Positions 1-14,969 of a stretch of DNA of 64,000 nt are shown in pieces. Position numbers and translations under genes: made by a program. The notes below the pieces were generated by a model. It did not search any database and was not told where the DNA came from. It worked only from the letters and a program-made list of their open reading frames with translations. The DNA lies in NCBI RefSeq assembly GCF_009914755.1, contig NC_060937.1; one strand, 5' to 3'. The DNA is from the human T2T-CHM13v2.0 reference genome, Homo sapiens. The first letter of the stretch is position 1, and the number at the start of each line of letters is the position of its first letter.

Positions 1-44
1 ATTCCTCCTGCTTGCGTTTGTCAGAAAAACCTGTTTGTCATAAA

Positions 45-252
45 CTACTCGTGTCCCACCCAGCGTCCCGATGAGATAAGGACTCCACAGGGACTCTGGG
101 CTGCCCTAGGTTGCCCCAAATGAACAGGTGTCCAGTGATTGCAGAAAAAGAGGAGATGGTGATAGATATGGATCATGTCTTTGCCCCCAAAGAGGGCACA
201 TCCGTGGGAAAAAAGTCCCAAAGGAGCAAGATTCTTCAAAGAACCGTTGACC
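45..252 (-). other. Candidate last coding exon of a putative minus-strand spliced transcript
   Basis: Strong acceptor ttttctccatcttgttacaacag|G at 253/252; open frame (G)VNGSLKNLAPLG...WVGHE* to the stop at 47-45. Confidence 0.25.
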
Positions 253-540
253 CTGTTGTAACAAGATGGAGAAAATTGTATTCATCAAAACTAACCTTGA
301 GGAGAGGTCTGGATGCATTCAGGAGAAGTCCGTTGATTAATAGCTTGAAATGATTGAGCTGACTACCCAAGGAGACCCTCGTGTTGGGCTGAGAACCCGA
401 AGGCTGGGCTGAGCGAGCCAGGACAGGAGCTTGGACAGAGCCTCCTTGTCTGTGGAGTGATGGGAGAGGAAGCAAAGAAGGAAGGCACAAAGCCAGAAAG
501 CACAGCAGTAGTTGGGAAAAAGGAGAAAAAGAAAAGATGC

Positions 541-958
<418 letters not shown>

Positions 959-1329
959 TCACTCCCTGCTTGCTGAGGCTTTCGTGCCTCGGGTCCACTG
1001 GGGAGCAGGAGAAAGTGCCCAGTTCTGTCTGTAGAGAGGACGTCACTCAGGGAGAGGGGCAGGAGCTGAGGGCACGTGACTTACACCAAGGCTAAGGTGC
1101 AACGCGAAGGCCCTGACACCTGAGCCCCTGGGAGTTGAAAGGTGACAGGCTAACTTGGGGGATGAGCGGTAGAGTCCGGAGGTTCTAAATGGAGCACAAG
1201 TGGACCCTCGAGCGACCTGAGAATACAACCCAGAGGGCTCATGAACTGACATGGGAAAACAATGACATCTGTTTTCACTCACCTCTGGTTGAAACTGAGC
1301 AGTTCCTTGTATTATGAACATAGGTGGCA

Positions 1330-1465
1330 ACCACTTAGTGTTAGCCAGCAGAAATAACGGGAAGTTTCATTCCACACTTTCGTTGTTGCCAGTATCTCAA
1401 AATGTTATTCAGGCTCATTGCTATTTCAAAATCCCATGGTCAGAGACCCATCCTCCCGGGTATCA
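1330..1465 (-). mobile_element. hAT-Charlie (Charlie4-like) DNA transposon fragment
   Basis: Diverged similarity to the Charlie-like block at 11020-11335. Confidence 0.4.
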
Positions 1466-1544
1466 GAAAGCATGGGAGCCCTGACCCTGACGGCCACCAG
1501 GCTGCAGGCAGAGGGGCATGGCCCACTTGGACCTGAGGGTGTGT

Positions 1545-1760
1545 CATTCAATCCAGCAAACATTCATTGAGCACATTCTCTGTGCTGGCCACCAGGTCCA
1601 AAGATGAACAAGGCCGAGACCCCGCCAGGAGGAACTCAGGGAATGCGACAGGCACAGATGAGCAAGACAATAGTGACAACGCAGCATGATTCATGCTGAG
1701 AGTGCCGGGGAGGGCGGGAGGCCAGGCAGGGTTTCTCACGGGAAGTCACATTTGAACTGG
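1545..1760 (-). mobile_element. L2 3' end fragment
   Basis: attcaatccagcaaacattcattgagcac...tgtgctgg, the typical antisense L2 tail. Confidence 0.6.
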
Positions 1761-2124
1761 CTTTCTCACACTTGCGAAAGTGCGCCCAAGGACGGAGGAC
1801 TTTCCTGAACCAGAAAAATCCCTGCTCGCGAGTGTGCACATCTCCGCTTAGAGTGCAGAGGAGCAAACAGCAGAAACTTCCCCCGGCTGTGGAGCCGAAA
1901 CAGGAAACCACCCAGGAGCCCTGTGCAGAAGCGGCCGGGGATTCCCAGTTCCCCAGGACCCAGTGGGCGTTTTCACAGGAAGCCTCTCTGGGTGAAGCCC
2001 CTGCTGTACCCGTCCCGCTAGGGATGGAGGCTCCATGAGGTCACAGGTTGTTTTCTGTTTCGTTGGCTAATGAATCTCAAGCATCTATGCCTGGCACGGA
2101 TTTGCTTTCTACAAATATGTGTTA

Positions 2125-2465
<341 letters not shown>

Positions 2466-2954
2466 TGCTGGGGGCAGCTGGATAAGGCAGGCCGTGGCTC
2501 TGTCTCTGTGTGTGGCACTTGTATCTCCAAATCGCCATGGTGCCCTGCATGTAGGTGACCTAGGAAGACACCTCCTCCAGGTCCAGCAGATGTGGAACTG
2601 TTTCATGCCATTGAGCAGGTGGAGTGCTGTTGAGGTATGGCTTACTCTGCCCTCTCCCGGGACCACAGGGTGCGCTCTCGCGGGGGTCTGGAGAATCCTA
2701 GCAGGTGTCTGAGCTGCCTGGATTAGGGATCTCTTTCCTCAGAGTGTGATCTGAGCTGGAAGGATGGGTTCCAGGCTAGTGGGGGAGGGCTGGGACTATC
2801 TTCTCTGGGAGCCTCCATCTTTGGCTCACAGTGGGTGGGCACAGGCACCTCACAAGGCCTGACAGAGGCCAGTCCCCGATCAGTGTAGGGAGAGCAGAGC
2901 ATTGGAAACCATTGACCAACTTCACCTCCATCACTTCCAGCGAAGTCAGGGGCA

Positions 2955-3290
2955 TACTGCACCCCCACATATTTGTAGGTTGAAGTCCTAACCTCCAGTA
3001 CCTCAGAATGGGACTGTATTTGGAGACAGGATCTTTAAAGAGGTGATTATGATTAAAAAAGGTCCCATGACTCGTGTCCCTACAAGAAGAGGTGATTAGA
3101 ACACAGACGCACACAGAGGGAAGACCACGTGAAGCCCCTGGTGGAAGACACTGTGGAGAGGCTCAGGGGAAAGCAGCCCTGCCCGCACCTTGAACCAGGT
3201 CCTCCCAGCTTCCAGACGGCGAGGAAATACATTTCTGTCGTCAGAGGCCCCAAGTCTGCTACGGTGGCCTGAGTCTGTTACTGCAGCCCT
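2955..3290 (+). mobile_element. MaLR LTR (MLT1B-like)
   Basis: gttgaagtcctaacctccagtacctcagaatgggactgtatttggagacagg...acacagagggaagaccacgtgaag. Confidence 0.8.
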
Positions 3291-3944
3291 GAGTCTGTTA
3301 CAGCGGCCCCGGAGACCCGGCCGAGTCTTCTCACTCAATGAACTTCTTCAATGGGCTCCTCAAGGTGACACCCACATTGTCACCACAAAGAAGAAATAAA
3401 CAGAGCTGCCCTCCAGAGTCATAGGTCAGAAAGGCCTCGTGACTCAGGAGTGGGTTATCTGGGTGACCTTACTGCTCACTCAGTAAGAAAAACAGCCTTT
3501 CAGGCCTGCACTTCCCAGCAGCATAGCCTGCTCCTTCCTGGCTGATGTCAGAGGGCCCGAGTTCCGATAAGCCGCTGTTTGCTAACGTAGGTCTACACAG
3601 GTATAACCGCGGGCCCTGAGTCAGGTGAAAGGCCTGATGTCTGCGGGAAGCTTAGTGGGTTTTTATGTGAAAAAAGAAAAGTCTTACGCCATTGGCTGTC
3701 TTTCAGCAGGGCTGTTAGAAACGCACCTGGCTCAACAGCACCAAGAGGATGATGAAAGTAAGTCCAGTCTGGGAGTTCCGTGAGGGATTGGCAGCCAGTC
3801 TTCACATTTTAAATACATTTTACTTATTAACTGGAAATGCCTTGGGGAACTCTGGCAAGCATGCAGGGACCCCATTCTCTCCACCCCTCTCAGCTCACTG
3901 TTTCTTCATTGCTGGGCCTGTCTCTGCCTCCAGCTGGGCTCCAC

Positions 3945-4105
3945 TTTTTTTATTTTTATTTTTATTTTTATTTTGAGACAGGGTCTCAATCTGTTGCCCA
4001 GGCTGGAGTGCAGTGGCAGGACCATGGTTCACTGCAGCCTCAACCTCCTGGGCTCAAGCCCAGCTCAGTCACTGGGACAACAGGTGCGCGCCACCATGTG
4101 GGCTC
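3945..4105 (-). mobile_element. Alu right-arm fragment (FRAM/AluJ)
   Basis: T-rich tail then gagacagggtctc...tgcagtggc; only one arm present. Confidence 0.85.
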
Positions 4106-4339
4106 CAGTTTAACACGTCCAAACCTCCCTGTACCTTTGGGAAAGTCCAGGCAATTTCTTGGTTTCCCAAATAAGAGTCACTGACGGCCAAAACTCCTTT
4201 ATCCTTCCCATTGGGGCATTTCCCCTACCATGGTCCACACTGCCTGCCTGACATTGTTAATGAATCCTTCGTGGGCCTAAGCCTGGCAGAGCAGGGCAGG
4301 TAGGGATTCCGGAGGTGCAGGTTTTGCTCTTACCTGGCA

Positions 4340-4475
4340 GAGTAGCTTCCCATTCTGGGCTTCAGTTTGCTCCTCTGCAGGATGAGGATCATAATAACAG
4401 CTCCTCAGAGGTCCTTTGTGAATATTAAGGGAGTCACATGTGTATAAACTGTGTCTGGGGTACAATAAATGCTAA
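4340..4475 (+). mobile_element. MIR
   Basis: Diverged MIR core cttcagtttgctcctctgcaggatgaggatcataataac. Confidence 0.6.
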
Positions 4476-5095
4476 AGGTCCCTTCCCTTCCATCCCTTTC
4501 CTCCCCCTTGATGGCAGGACTGTGGCTCCGCCTCCTGTCTCCCCTCCTCACCAAGCGCAGTGCTATGCACACACTGAGATCTGAATACAAACGTGCTGAT
4601 GAATGGATTCCCTGACCTCAGCATGCACCCCATCGTGTATCACTCACCTGTATCTGCCTCAGCTGGGACTGGCTTTGATGAATGTGAATCTTTAAACTAT
4701 AATAATTCATGCTCTTGTAGAAAGCATGGCACATGTTTGCAAACACAAAGAAGAAAATAAATATAGTCAAGACCACAGAGTCTGTGTTCCTCAACTGCCT
4801 TGAGCTCTCCATGATAATTGTCCCAGAGCATTTTAGAGTAACCGCTTGGCTTCTCAAGGCTCCAAGAAAAAGAATTTCTTTATAGCAGAGCTACATTTAA
4901 TAGCTTTTTATCTTACAACAGATGAAGTACCTGTATATACCAGGTCCTGTCTCACACTTCTGCCCTGTGAACAATAAAAATCTCCTCCTGCACCAGAAAC
5001 ACTATTGTGAAAGCTGCCTGGATACTTCAGGCCTCTCAGCTGACAATGAGTACCTTTTAACCCAGGTTGATAATTCAGAGAAAAGAATTTCTCAA

Positions 5096-5476
<381 letters not shown>

Positions 5477-5559
5477 CTAAATACCTAGAATATATTATAT
5501 GGGCATATGTACATATGATGTGTGTCTGTATATATGCATGTATGTACCCACAGGTGCTT

Positions 5560-5756
5560 GCATGCACACATGTGTGCACACACACACAGACACACACAAA
5601 CATGCACACTCACACACAGACACACACAAACACACACAGAGCCACGCACAGACACACAAACACACAGACACACAGTCACACGCACACACATAGATACACA
5701 CATAGACACACACACACACACACACAGACCCACAGACACACGCACACACACACAGA
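5560..5756. repeat. Imperfect (CA)n microsatellite
   Basis: cacacacagacacacacaaa... directly visible. Confidence 0.95.
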
Positions 5757-5859
5757 GCTTCACTCAGAGCCCAGCAGATATGCAATAAATTACAGCTATT
5801 TTTATTATTGATGCTTCCGATGACAGTCTGGACTTTAGAACCCTGTTCCTGGGGCTCCA

Positions 5860-6080
5860 GGAAGGCGGACCCCAAGACGCCTAGGAGCGCCGCCTGCTGC
5901 GGACGCAAAACCTGCGCCCCCCAGCGGACGCTCTGGGTTCTTGCTCATAAAATAAATCAAACTCGTGCCTGCGCCTCCTTGTGGTGGGAAGGGAGCATGA
6001 CGCGGTGACTGGCCCGGGCGCTGACAGTTTCCTTGCTGTGATGTCAGCCCCCGCCGCAGATGTGGTTACCCCCACGCTTT
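5860..6080. promoter_or_regulatory. Small CpG-dense unique segment, candidate enhancer/promoter
   Basis: Local CpG cluster outside repeats, with TGTGGTT (RUNX-type, 6061-6067) and TGATGTCA/TGACG (ATF/CREB-type) words. Confidence 0.35.
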
Positions 6081-6124
6081 CTGCTGGCTGACTGGTATTC
6101 ATGAGCATAATATAACATTAGCTA

Positions 6125-6315
6125 TATAGCGGGCGCTGTGCTAAGGAAGCCCTTTCCAAACCCCATCTCATGAAATATTTATGACAACGCTATTGTGTAA
6201 CTATTGTTAGCATTGCCATGTAAAGAGCAGAGAGCCACAGCTCAGAGAGGTTGAGTTGCCGGTCCAGAGTCACGCAGCACAGAGGAAATGGGTATAGGAC
6301 TTAACCCCAGGCCAG
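6125..6315 (-). mobile_element. MIR
   Basis: gctcagagaggttgagttgccggtccagagtcacgcagc, antisense MIR core. Confidence 0.6.
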
Positions 6316-6337
6316 GCCCACTCTCTGAGCCACTTAC

Positions 6338-6404
6338 CCTCTGCACGAGTACCACCAGGTATGGTTAGAGTGGCCTGTCTTAAACGCAAGATCCATGCAG
6401 GCCC
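6338..6404 (-). other. Candidate 67-nt internal exon
   Basis: Acceptor attttctttcaaag|G (6405/6404); donor AGG|GTAAGT (6338/6337). Confidence 0.3.
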
Positions 6405-6864
6405 CTTTGAAAGAAAATACTTTCTTGTGAATTAAAAAAAATAAAAATAAAAAAATAAAAGGAGACTTCAGTTTGAGAAACTGCATTAAAAATAAAACCC
6501 TGCAAGGGCAGGAGATCGGCAGGCACATCCCACCATCAACACAACACGGGCCTGACCCTGCAAGCATCGTGCTTCCCTAGAACGCACCATCCAGTTGGTC
6601 CAAAAAAAGACCTACTCATTTTTTAAGATTATCATGGACTTGAAAACATCACCAAATTTAATTCCCGAAGGACATGTGACAAGGCACCACCTTCCTCCCT
6701 CCACTCTGCCAAGCATTTTTAATGGGCCTTGGTGTAATAAACCCTAGTCTAGAATATGGGAAAAGAATAAAGTCATAGGTGTCACTTTGTCCAGTTAATA
6801 GTGATCATAATCACACTTCTGGTTGGCTAGTCCTTTAATCTTCCATTTATAAAAATTCCCTTAA

Positions 6865-7630
6865 TATCCACATGCAGAAGAATGAAATGCCTCTTATCTC
6901 ACACCATATACAAAAATCAACTCAAAATGGATTAAAGACTGAAACATAAGACCTGGAAGCTGTAAAAGTACTAGAAGAAAATATAGGGGGAAATCTTTAT
7001 GATGTTAGTCTGGGCAATGATTTCTTGGATATAACCCCAAAAGCACAGGAAACAACAGTGGAAATAGATAAACAAAACTGCATCCAATTAAAAGGCTTCT
7101 GTGGAGGAAAGGAAACAACAGAGAGAAGAGATAGCCTACAGAATAGGAAAAAATATTGTAAACCCATGCATCTGATAAGGGGTTAACATCCAAAATATAT
7201 TCGGAACCCAAACAACTCAATAGTAAGAAAAGAAATAATATGATTTGAAAAATGGGCCAAGGACCTGAATAAACATTTATCAAAAGAAAGCATACAAATG
7301 GCCAACAGGTCTATGAAAAATTGTTCAACATCACTAATCATTAGAGCAATGCAAATTAAAGCCACAGGGAGCACCACCTCACACCTGTTAGAAAGGCTAT
7401 TACCAAAGAGATGAAAGATGTGTTGGTGAGGATGTGGACAAAAAGGGAACCCTTGCACACTCTTGGTGGAAACGTAAATTTGTACAGCCATAATGGAAAG
7501 CAGTATGGAGGTTCCCAAAAAATGAAAAATAGAATGGATATGATCTGGCAATCTCACTACTAGGTATATATCCAAGGACAACAAAATCAGTATCTTGAAA
7601 AGATACCTGCATTCCCATATTTATTGCAGA
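6865..7630 (+). mobile_element. Old L1 (L1M-type) ORF2 3' fragment
   Basis: caccatatacaaaaatcaactcaaaatggattaaagac...; decayed with stops. Confidence 0.9.
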
Positions 7631-7634
7631 TACT

Positions 7635-7962
7635 TGTTGCCCTCTTCCAAGGGCTCTAGGGGAGGATCCTTCCTGACCTCCTCCAGCTAAGCTTGTGGCC
7701 ACGTGGGCTTGTCACTCTGACCTCTACCTCATCTTCACATCACCTTCTCCTCTGTGTGTCCTCACATCTTCCTCTGCCTCTCTCTTAAAACAACTCTTGT
7801 GATGACATCCAGGGCTTATCTGGCAATAAGACGGGACGCTCTCCTCATCCAAAGGTCCTTAGTCACATCTGCAAAGACCTTTTCCCGAAATAAGGCCACA
7901 TTTACAGGATCCATGGACTATGATGTGGACTTACCTTTGGGGAGCCATTTTTCAGCCTACCA
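7635..7962 (-). mobile_element. MaLR LTR (MLT1C-like)
   Basis: ggctctaggggaggatccttcctgacctc...gtcacatctgcaaagacc...ttcagcctaccac. Confidence 0.75.
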
Positions 7963-8346
7963 CGTGTGGGACGCAACAGACAAGCTGCGCTCGCTTGAGC
8001 TGAGACTTGTTGGAGCTGTTCACCCTCCCCAGGGCTGGAATCAGAGGTGAGGCTGACAGCACGAGGACAAGAGGCTTTTGACAGGACAAAGTGGGACAGA
8101 ACTGTGCACCTTTGGCCAAAACAGCAGAACTGGCATGATAACCATGCAAGCAAGTCTCTGCAATGTGAAGGACTGCGCAAATGTTCCTACTCAAGTGCAC
8201 CTACTCAAGTGTGGCACTGGCTTGATTCATTTCTGCAGGAGAGAGCCAGTTACCACTTACCAGTTCTGTCCAGGGAGGCATAATTAAGATAACCTGGGAT
8301 TGACAGCTGCTACAGCTTCTTCTACACGGGTTTGCTTTTCACTCAC

Positions 8347-8530
8347 CTTTGACGTTACTGGAATAATTGCAGCAGGTGCCTGCCTGGTCGTCAAATCTTG
8401 TCCCCAAAGGGCAAATCTGCCCGTGCTCCATCGTATCGGGGACATCAGTGGCTCCCAGTGCCCACCGTCCTTCTACAGTGCTACAGGGTAGCGCTTCTTT
8501 ACACTGGCAACCCCTTAGTTTCTTAGTCCC
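8347..8530 (-). other. Candidate 184-nt internal exon in unique sequence
   Basis: Acceptor cttcccataagcag|G (8531/8530); consensus donor AAG|GTGAGT (8347/8346); one open frame GTKKLRGC...NVK. Confidence 0.4.
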
Positions 8531-9039
8531 CTGCTTATGGGAAGTGGGGATTTGAAGACACGAGGGGCAGAAAGACAGACTTTCATAGCATCGTAACACA
8601 CTGCTGTTGAAAGTCAGTGAATATTAGACAGAGGAGGGTTTATGGTGCGAGATTCTCCACTCTGGGACACCGGAAGCTCTGAAGACTTCGGACCAGAGCA
8701 GCCCTTCCGTGATGGTGCTGGATCGACCCCTGTTCTGTGCTGGCTACGTAACCACTGGCTGAATGGATAAATGTATCAAAGACAAGCTAGTAACAGCATT
8801 CGTAATTCAAAAGTACTACCAAATTGTGATCAGCTTACTGCATATGGTTATGCATTGATGTCGTCCAAAATTCGGAAGGTGCAGAAGGATGCACGCCCCT
8901 CCCCCAGGTCTTGGTAGTGGCAACCAGTGTCACCAGCATCACGTGTATCCTCGCAGGATATCTTCTGCATCTATGAGCAAAAACGTGCACGCACCGCTGC
9001 TTTTTTCATTCTTGATAGCTTAGAAATCATTCCGTAGGA

Positions 9040-9491
9040 GGGAGGGGCATTCAGGATGCTACCCCAAAACATGTACCTTGGCATAGTGAATATTTTAAGC
9101 TGAAGGAATTTGAGAACTGGTAAGTAGAGAAAGGGTTCCCTGACTTTCCCCTGAAGCAGGTCAGGAGACCCTCATGTGAGAGGGAGACAGGGGGACCCCA
9201 GGAACAATCTGAATGCACAGACCTTGCTAACTTTCCCCCAGTTTACTACTCTTAGCTCATACCTTTTCTGTCCTACCACATTTTTCTATGACTCAGCATT
9301 CTATCAAATCAAGGCTAGAAACACTCAGGTTTAAGCATTTCTTCAGGTCCCTATTTCCTTATGAAGGCTCCCATGTCAGGTAACATTTAAATAAATTTGT
9401 ATTCTTTTCTCTTGTTCATCTGTCTTTTGTTACAAGGGCCCCAGCTGAGAACCTAGAAGGGTAGAAGGAACATATTTTTCCCCCACCTACA
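9040..9491 (+). mobile_element. ERV1 solo LTR, MER34-family-like
   Basis: gctaccccaaaacatg...ttaagctgaaggaatttgagaa; ends gggtagaaggaacatattttt...cctaca. Confidence 0.7.
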
Positions 9492-9499
9492 GTAGTGTT

Positions 9500-10035
9500 T
9501 TAAAGGAATTCCTTTATTCTTTTTTTCTTTTACAGTTGCCTATTGTTTCACTGTATAGCTGTGCTATGTGGACATTTTGTTTCCAGCCTTTTGCAAGCCA
9601 AAGAGCAATTAATTACCTTTTCAAAATAATATTCATTCATGCAAGGGTATCTGCAACAAAAAGAAGTGGATTTTCAAAAGGTTTCAAAAGGTATGTGTAT
9701 TTGCAATTTTGATAAATATTGCCAGAATGACTGCCAAAGAGGTTATACCAATTTACACCCTCCCCCTGCAAGAGATAAGAGTTGCCAACAGAGTATATTA
9801 TCAAATGTTTTAATCTTTGCCAATCTAATAGATAAAAATGACATGAGTATAATTTTAATTTGTACTTTTCTTATGAGTAAGATTGCACATCTCTTTATAT
9901 GTTTAAGACCCTTTTGTACCTTGTATCTGTGAGTAGGTAGGTCATTTCCTTTGACCATTTTGTTGTTGTTCTTTTTTTCTTATTGGTTTGTATCTAGAGC
10001 TCCTTATCTACTAGGGAAATTAAGCCTTTGCTGGA
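9500..10035 (-). mobile_element. Ancient L1ME-type fragments
   Basis: ttataccaatttacacc...atctttgccaatctaatag...ttttaatttgtacttttc. Confidence 0.65.
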
Positions 10036-10727
10036 ATATTTGTAGAATGAAGTAGAAATTACACAATGTTTAAGCATTTAAAATGTTTCTTCTCTCATTT
10101 TGTGTATAGTTAATTGTAATAGCATAATTGATTATGCAAGGTCGTTTTCTTATTTATTTCTGGAGATTAGATCAATCCATTGATTTTAAATGTGGTACAC
10201 TTTCCCAAGTTTCATTTTTGCATGAGTTAAATCTTTTTGTGGTGCTTAACTTGCGTTCTCTGAGATTTTATTAATATTTTGGCTCATGCTGTTTCCACCA
10301 CCTGACATATGTCCTGATGGGACCCATCCTCCCAGCATCCTAAACCCAAACCAAGCCCCCCGGCCTTCCTAAAACGTGCCCCACTGCTCCCATCCACACA
10401 GTCTCTCCCTTCTCTGGGCCTCTGGAGGGATGAAACACTGAAATTCATGCCACAAAGTCTCACACTGCTGGGTAGTGTTCTTGGTTGTTTTGCATGTATA
10501 AATCTCATCCCACTTTGACAGAAAACTTCTACCAAGAAAGGAAGCGCATCTTTCATGTCTTCACATTCCTTGAGATTCTCCTGGGGACAGAGTATGAACA
10601 TGAGAAATACTTATTAACTTAAAATAACTTCTAGAGGATCTTAATCTATGCTCCAGGGATACAATTCAGGGTGTCCTGAATTATATTATTATATTACATT
10701 TTTGTGATATTAATTTATATGCTATTA

Positions 10728-11010
10728 CTGCTGGTGTCCTCATAAGAAGAGAGAGACACAGAGTGAAGACGGCCATAGAAAGACGGAGGCAGAGATTGGA
10801 GGGTTGCCGCCACAAGCCAAGGAATGCCTGGGGCCGCCGCAAGCTGGAAGAGGCAAGAAAGCCTCCTCTTCTGCAGGCTGCAGAGGAAGCATGGTCCTGC
10901 TGACATGTTGTACTTAGACTTCCAGCCTCCAGAACGGTCAGACCATACACTTCTATTATGTTAAGCCACCTAGTTTGTGGAACTTTTTAGGCAACCCTAG
11001 GGAACCCACA
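10728..11010 (+). mobile_element. MaLR LTR (MLT1C-like), 3' part
   Basis: ggaggcagagattggag...ccacaagccaaggaatgcc...ttaagccacctagtttgtgg. Confidence 0.85.
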
Positions 11011-11019
11011 GACACACTG

Positions 11020-11335
11020 AGTATAAGTTTATCACCAATAGAAATCACGGATGTTTTCATGCAAGATTATGGTTGCTGCAGATATCTGCAAATGTTGTTT
11101 AAGCTCATCACTACTTTGAAATTATAGTGGTTATTAGACCCAAAGCGAAATATTTTAACTTAATTGGGTAATAAATAACTTATAAATTTGTTTTTAAATA
11201 TTTTGATATTTTCATAACTTTATTCAATATAATGATTTTCCTTATGATTCTCTTTATCTTATGCATTTTAAAGCATAATTCCGGGAGGAGGTCTGCAGGC
11301 TTCACCAGAATGCCAAAGGGGTTCCATTAAGTTCG
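11020..11335 (-). mobile_element. hAT-Charlie DNA transposon fragment (Charlie4a-like)
   Basis: caccaatagaaatcac...gctcatcactactttgaaatt...ggcttcaccagaatgccaaagggg. Confidence 0.65.
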
Positions 11336-11343
11336 GCCTGAGA

Positions 11344-11377
11344 TGCAGTACTCCAACATATCCAGAAGAGGGCACTA
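11344..11377 (+). promoter_or_regulatory. CTCF site with upstream module
   Basis: TGCAGTACTC + 5-nt spacer + TATCCAGAAGAGGGCACTA. Confidence 0.65.
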
Positions 11378-11763
11378 GAGCACCTAGGCAAAGTTTCCCA
11401 GAAATTAACACTGATCATTTTACTGTATTTCCCTATATTGCAGATACAGAAATGTGCTTTAAATTCATATTGTCTTTAGAATATTATGTGATCAGAATAT
11501 GGAAATACTTTCAGGCCTGCCTTCCTATTTGTTTGTTAACTTAAATTTTCCATACCATTTTTTCCTTATTTTTTTTTTATCGAGGTAAAATATACATACA
11601 TAATTTACCGTCTTTACCACTTTTAAGTGTGCAATTCAGTGGTAATAAATACATTTATATCTTTTTTCATACCATTAAAAAATGCTGACATGAACAGTTG
11701 GTGTTGAAGTTATTTTTAAACTGTAGCCCATAGCTGGAACTACTTTGTAATTCCCACGTCTTA

Positions 11764-12148
<385 letters not shown>

Positions 12149-12425
12149 TTACAGATGTACACAAAATACGCACTAGTGTGCATCCATAGTGATGATGGCA
12201 GTGTGGGTGCCCTGCAGGAGAGAAGGACCTTCTAGGTTCCTGTCGAGCCCAAATAGAACATTCTCCAGAGACGCCCTTAGTGTATGCAATGTATTGCAGC
12301 CCTTTTTTTCTTTTAAAACAAAAAAAAAAAACAAAACAAAACCTTTCAAATAGCGTTTTCTGAGAGTCTGATGGCTTTGATATTTGCTCAGTTATCCCAA
12401 AGAACTGACTTGCTGAGCTATTCAC

Positions 12426-12558
12426 CTGCTTATGGTATGCAGCGATTTTGACCTGGAGGCCAGTTCGAAGGCAGGACATTTTTTTCCCCTTCTCTTTCTC
12501 CCATCATCTATCCCAGAACCCACGGCCCTCCAGAGACAGCAAATTCGCAGCTTTCTGT
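12426..12558 (-). other. Candidate 133-nt exon containing the putative start codon (12479)
   Basis: Acceptor ccttctcatcttgttcttccag|A (12559/12558); donor CAG|GTGAAT (12426/12425). Confidence 0.4.
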
Positions 12559-13335
12559 CTGGAAGAACAAGATGAGAAGGAGGACCAGGCACTCCTAGGG
12601 GGAGCCCCACCTAATTCTGGCATTCAGCATGCTGGGCGAGGCCTCTGAATTAACAGCAAAGTTTCCTAAGCATCGCAGAAGTGCGTCCCAGCCCCCGGCT
12701 ATCCCTGCGGTCAGGATATAGGGGAGAAATCGTCCCCAAACCCCGAAACTCTACATAGAGCAGGGCTCCCTCCTCACCGAACTGGATGGCATAATTTTGG
12801 TTTTAATGGATACGACTTCAAATCCTAATGTAAATCCTAAATGATATTGGTGTTGGGGCTCAGAAAACGATGCGCCAAAGTATGGCGCTTTGGCAGGCCG
12901 AGAACCGTGAGCTAAAGCAGATTGGAAGGCCTCAGAAGAAGCCTCAGAAGCAACGTCTCTCTGACCTTCTCCTGCCTTCCTGACCTGCCACCCGCCCCCA
13001 TCACCCCCAGACAAGCCCTAGAAACCAGAGTTCCTCTTCCCCAAGGCAGCCATAGAAACTAGAGCTCCTCTCCTAAAAATAAAAAGCAAGCCGTGGAAGC
13101 TAGAAAGATCGCTCTCCCTTCTCTCTGGAAGACCCTCATTCCAGAGAGGTTCTGCCCACACCCAGGAGGAAGGAATGTTGCACAGAGAGGCCGAGAAGTA
13201 TCTGGAAGACAGACCCTGCTGGGTTCCGCACGCAGTCTCTCGCCGTTAGATCACACCCTTTCGTCCACTCCCATTTCTGCATGGCTGTTCACTCTTCATT
13301 GAATTTAAGCATCAAAACAGTATTCCCTGGTCTTA

Positions 13336-13928
<593 letters not shown>

Positions 13929-14476
13929 TTAGAGCCGTGTTGTCTGTGATCCTTATGATGGGGAAAAAGGGATCACACTTTTCCATCCCTACCGTTTCTG
14001 CCACCAACCCTGGGGTGCCTGAGACACCTGACTCCACCGCAGAGCCTGCAGACGCCATGCTGGGACAATTGACAGAATGCCGGCAAGGAAAATCTAAGAC
14101 TCTTTAAAAGTTTTTTTAACCAAGGCCAGCTCTCCCAGATCTCTGCTTGCAGTGCCCGGTTGAGAATGGAAGGTAAAATTTTCTCTTTATTCCTTCCTTC
14201 GCAAATTCAGATTAGCAGGAGAAAATTATTTGTATGAACTAGTTTTTGGGGATTGTGACTCTGGTGATTTTTTCTTGGCATGAGAACTCTTGTTTTATGA
14301 TCCCTTCCCTCTCAGAGATGGTCTTTGTTTTACAGAAACACCAAGAAGAGAGCCTAACAGAAACGCGGGTGGGACCCCGTATGCAGCTAGCGTGCCAGCT
14401 GCTGCCGGCTCTGGGAGTTACCTGTCCCTCTTCTTCTGGCTGTCTTTGGGAGGGCTGTGTCTTTGCGCTTCTTTAG

Positions 14477-14969
<493 letters not shown>

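Noticed and set aside
1217-1282. Minus-strand GT-AG pair forming a 66-nt intron
   Set aside because: At or below the usual minimum human intron length, and the upstream exon would overlap a transposon relic; not used in the model
8347-8420. CPLGTRFDDQAGTCCNY resembles the C-terminal half of a chitin-binding type-2 (CBM14) domain
   Set aside because: The N-terminal cysteines and aromatic residues of the domain do not line up, and there is no signal peptide; most likely coincidence unless a Pfam HMM search scores it
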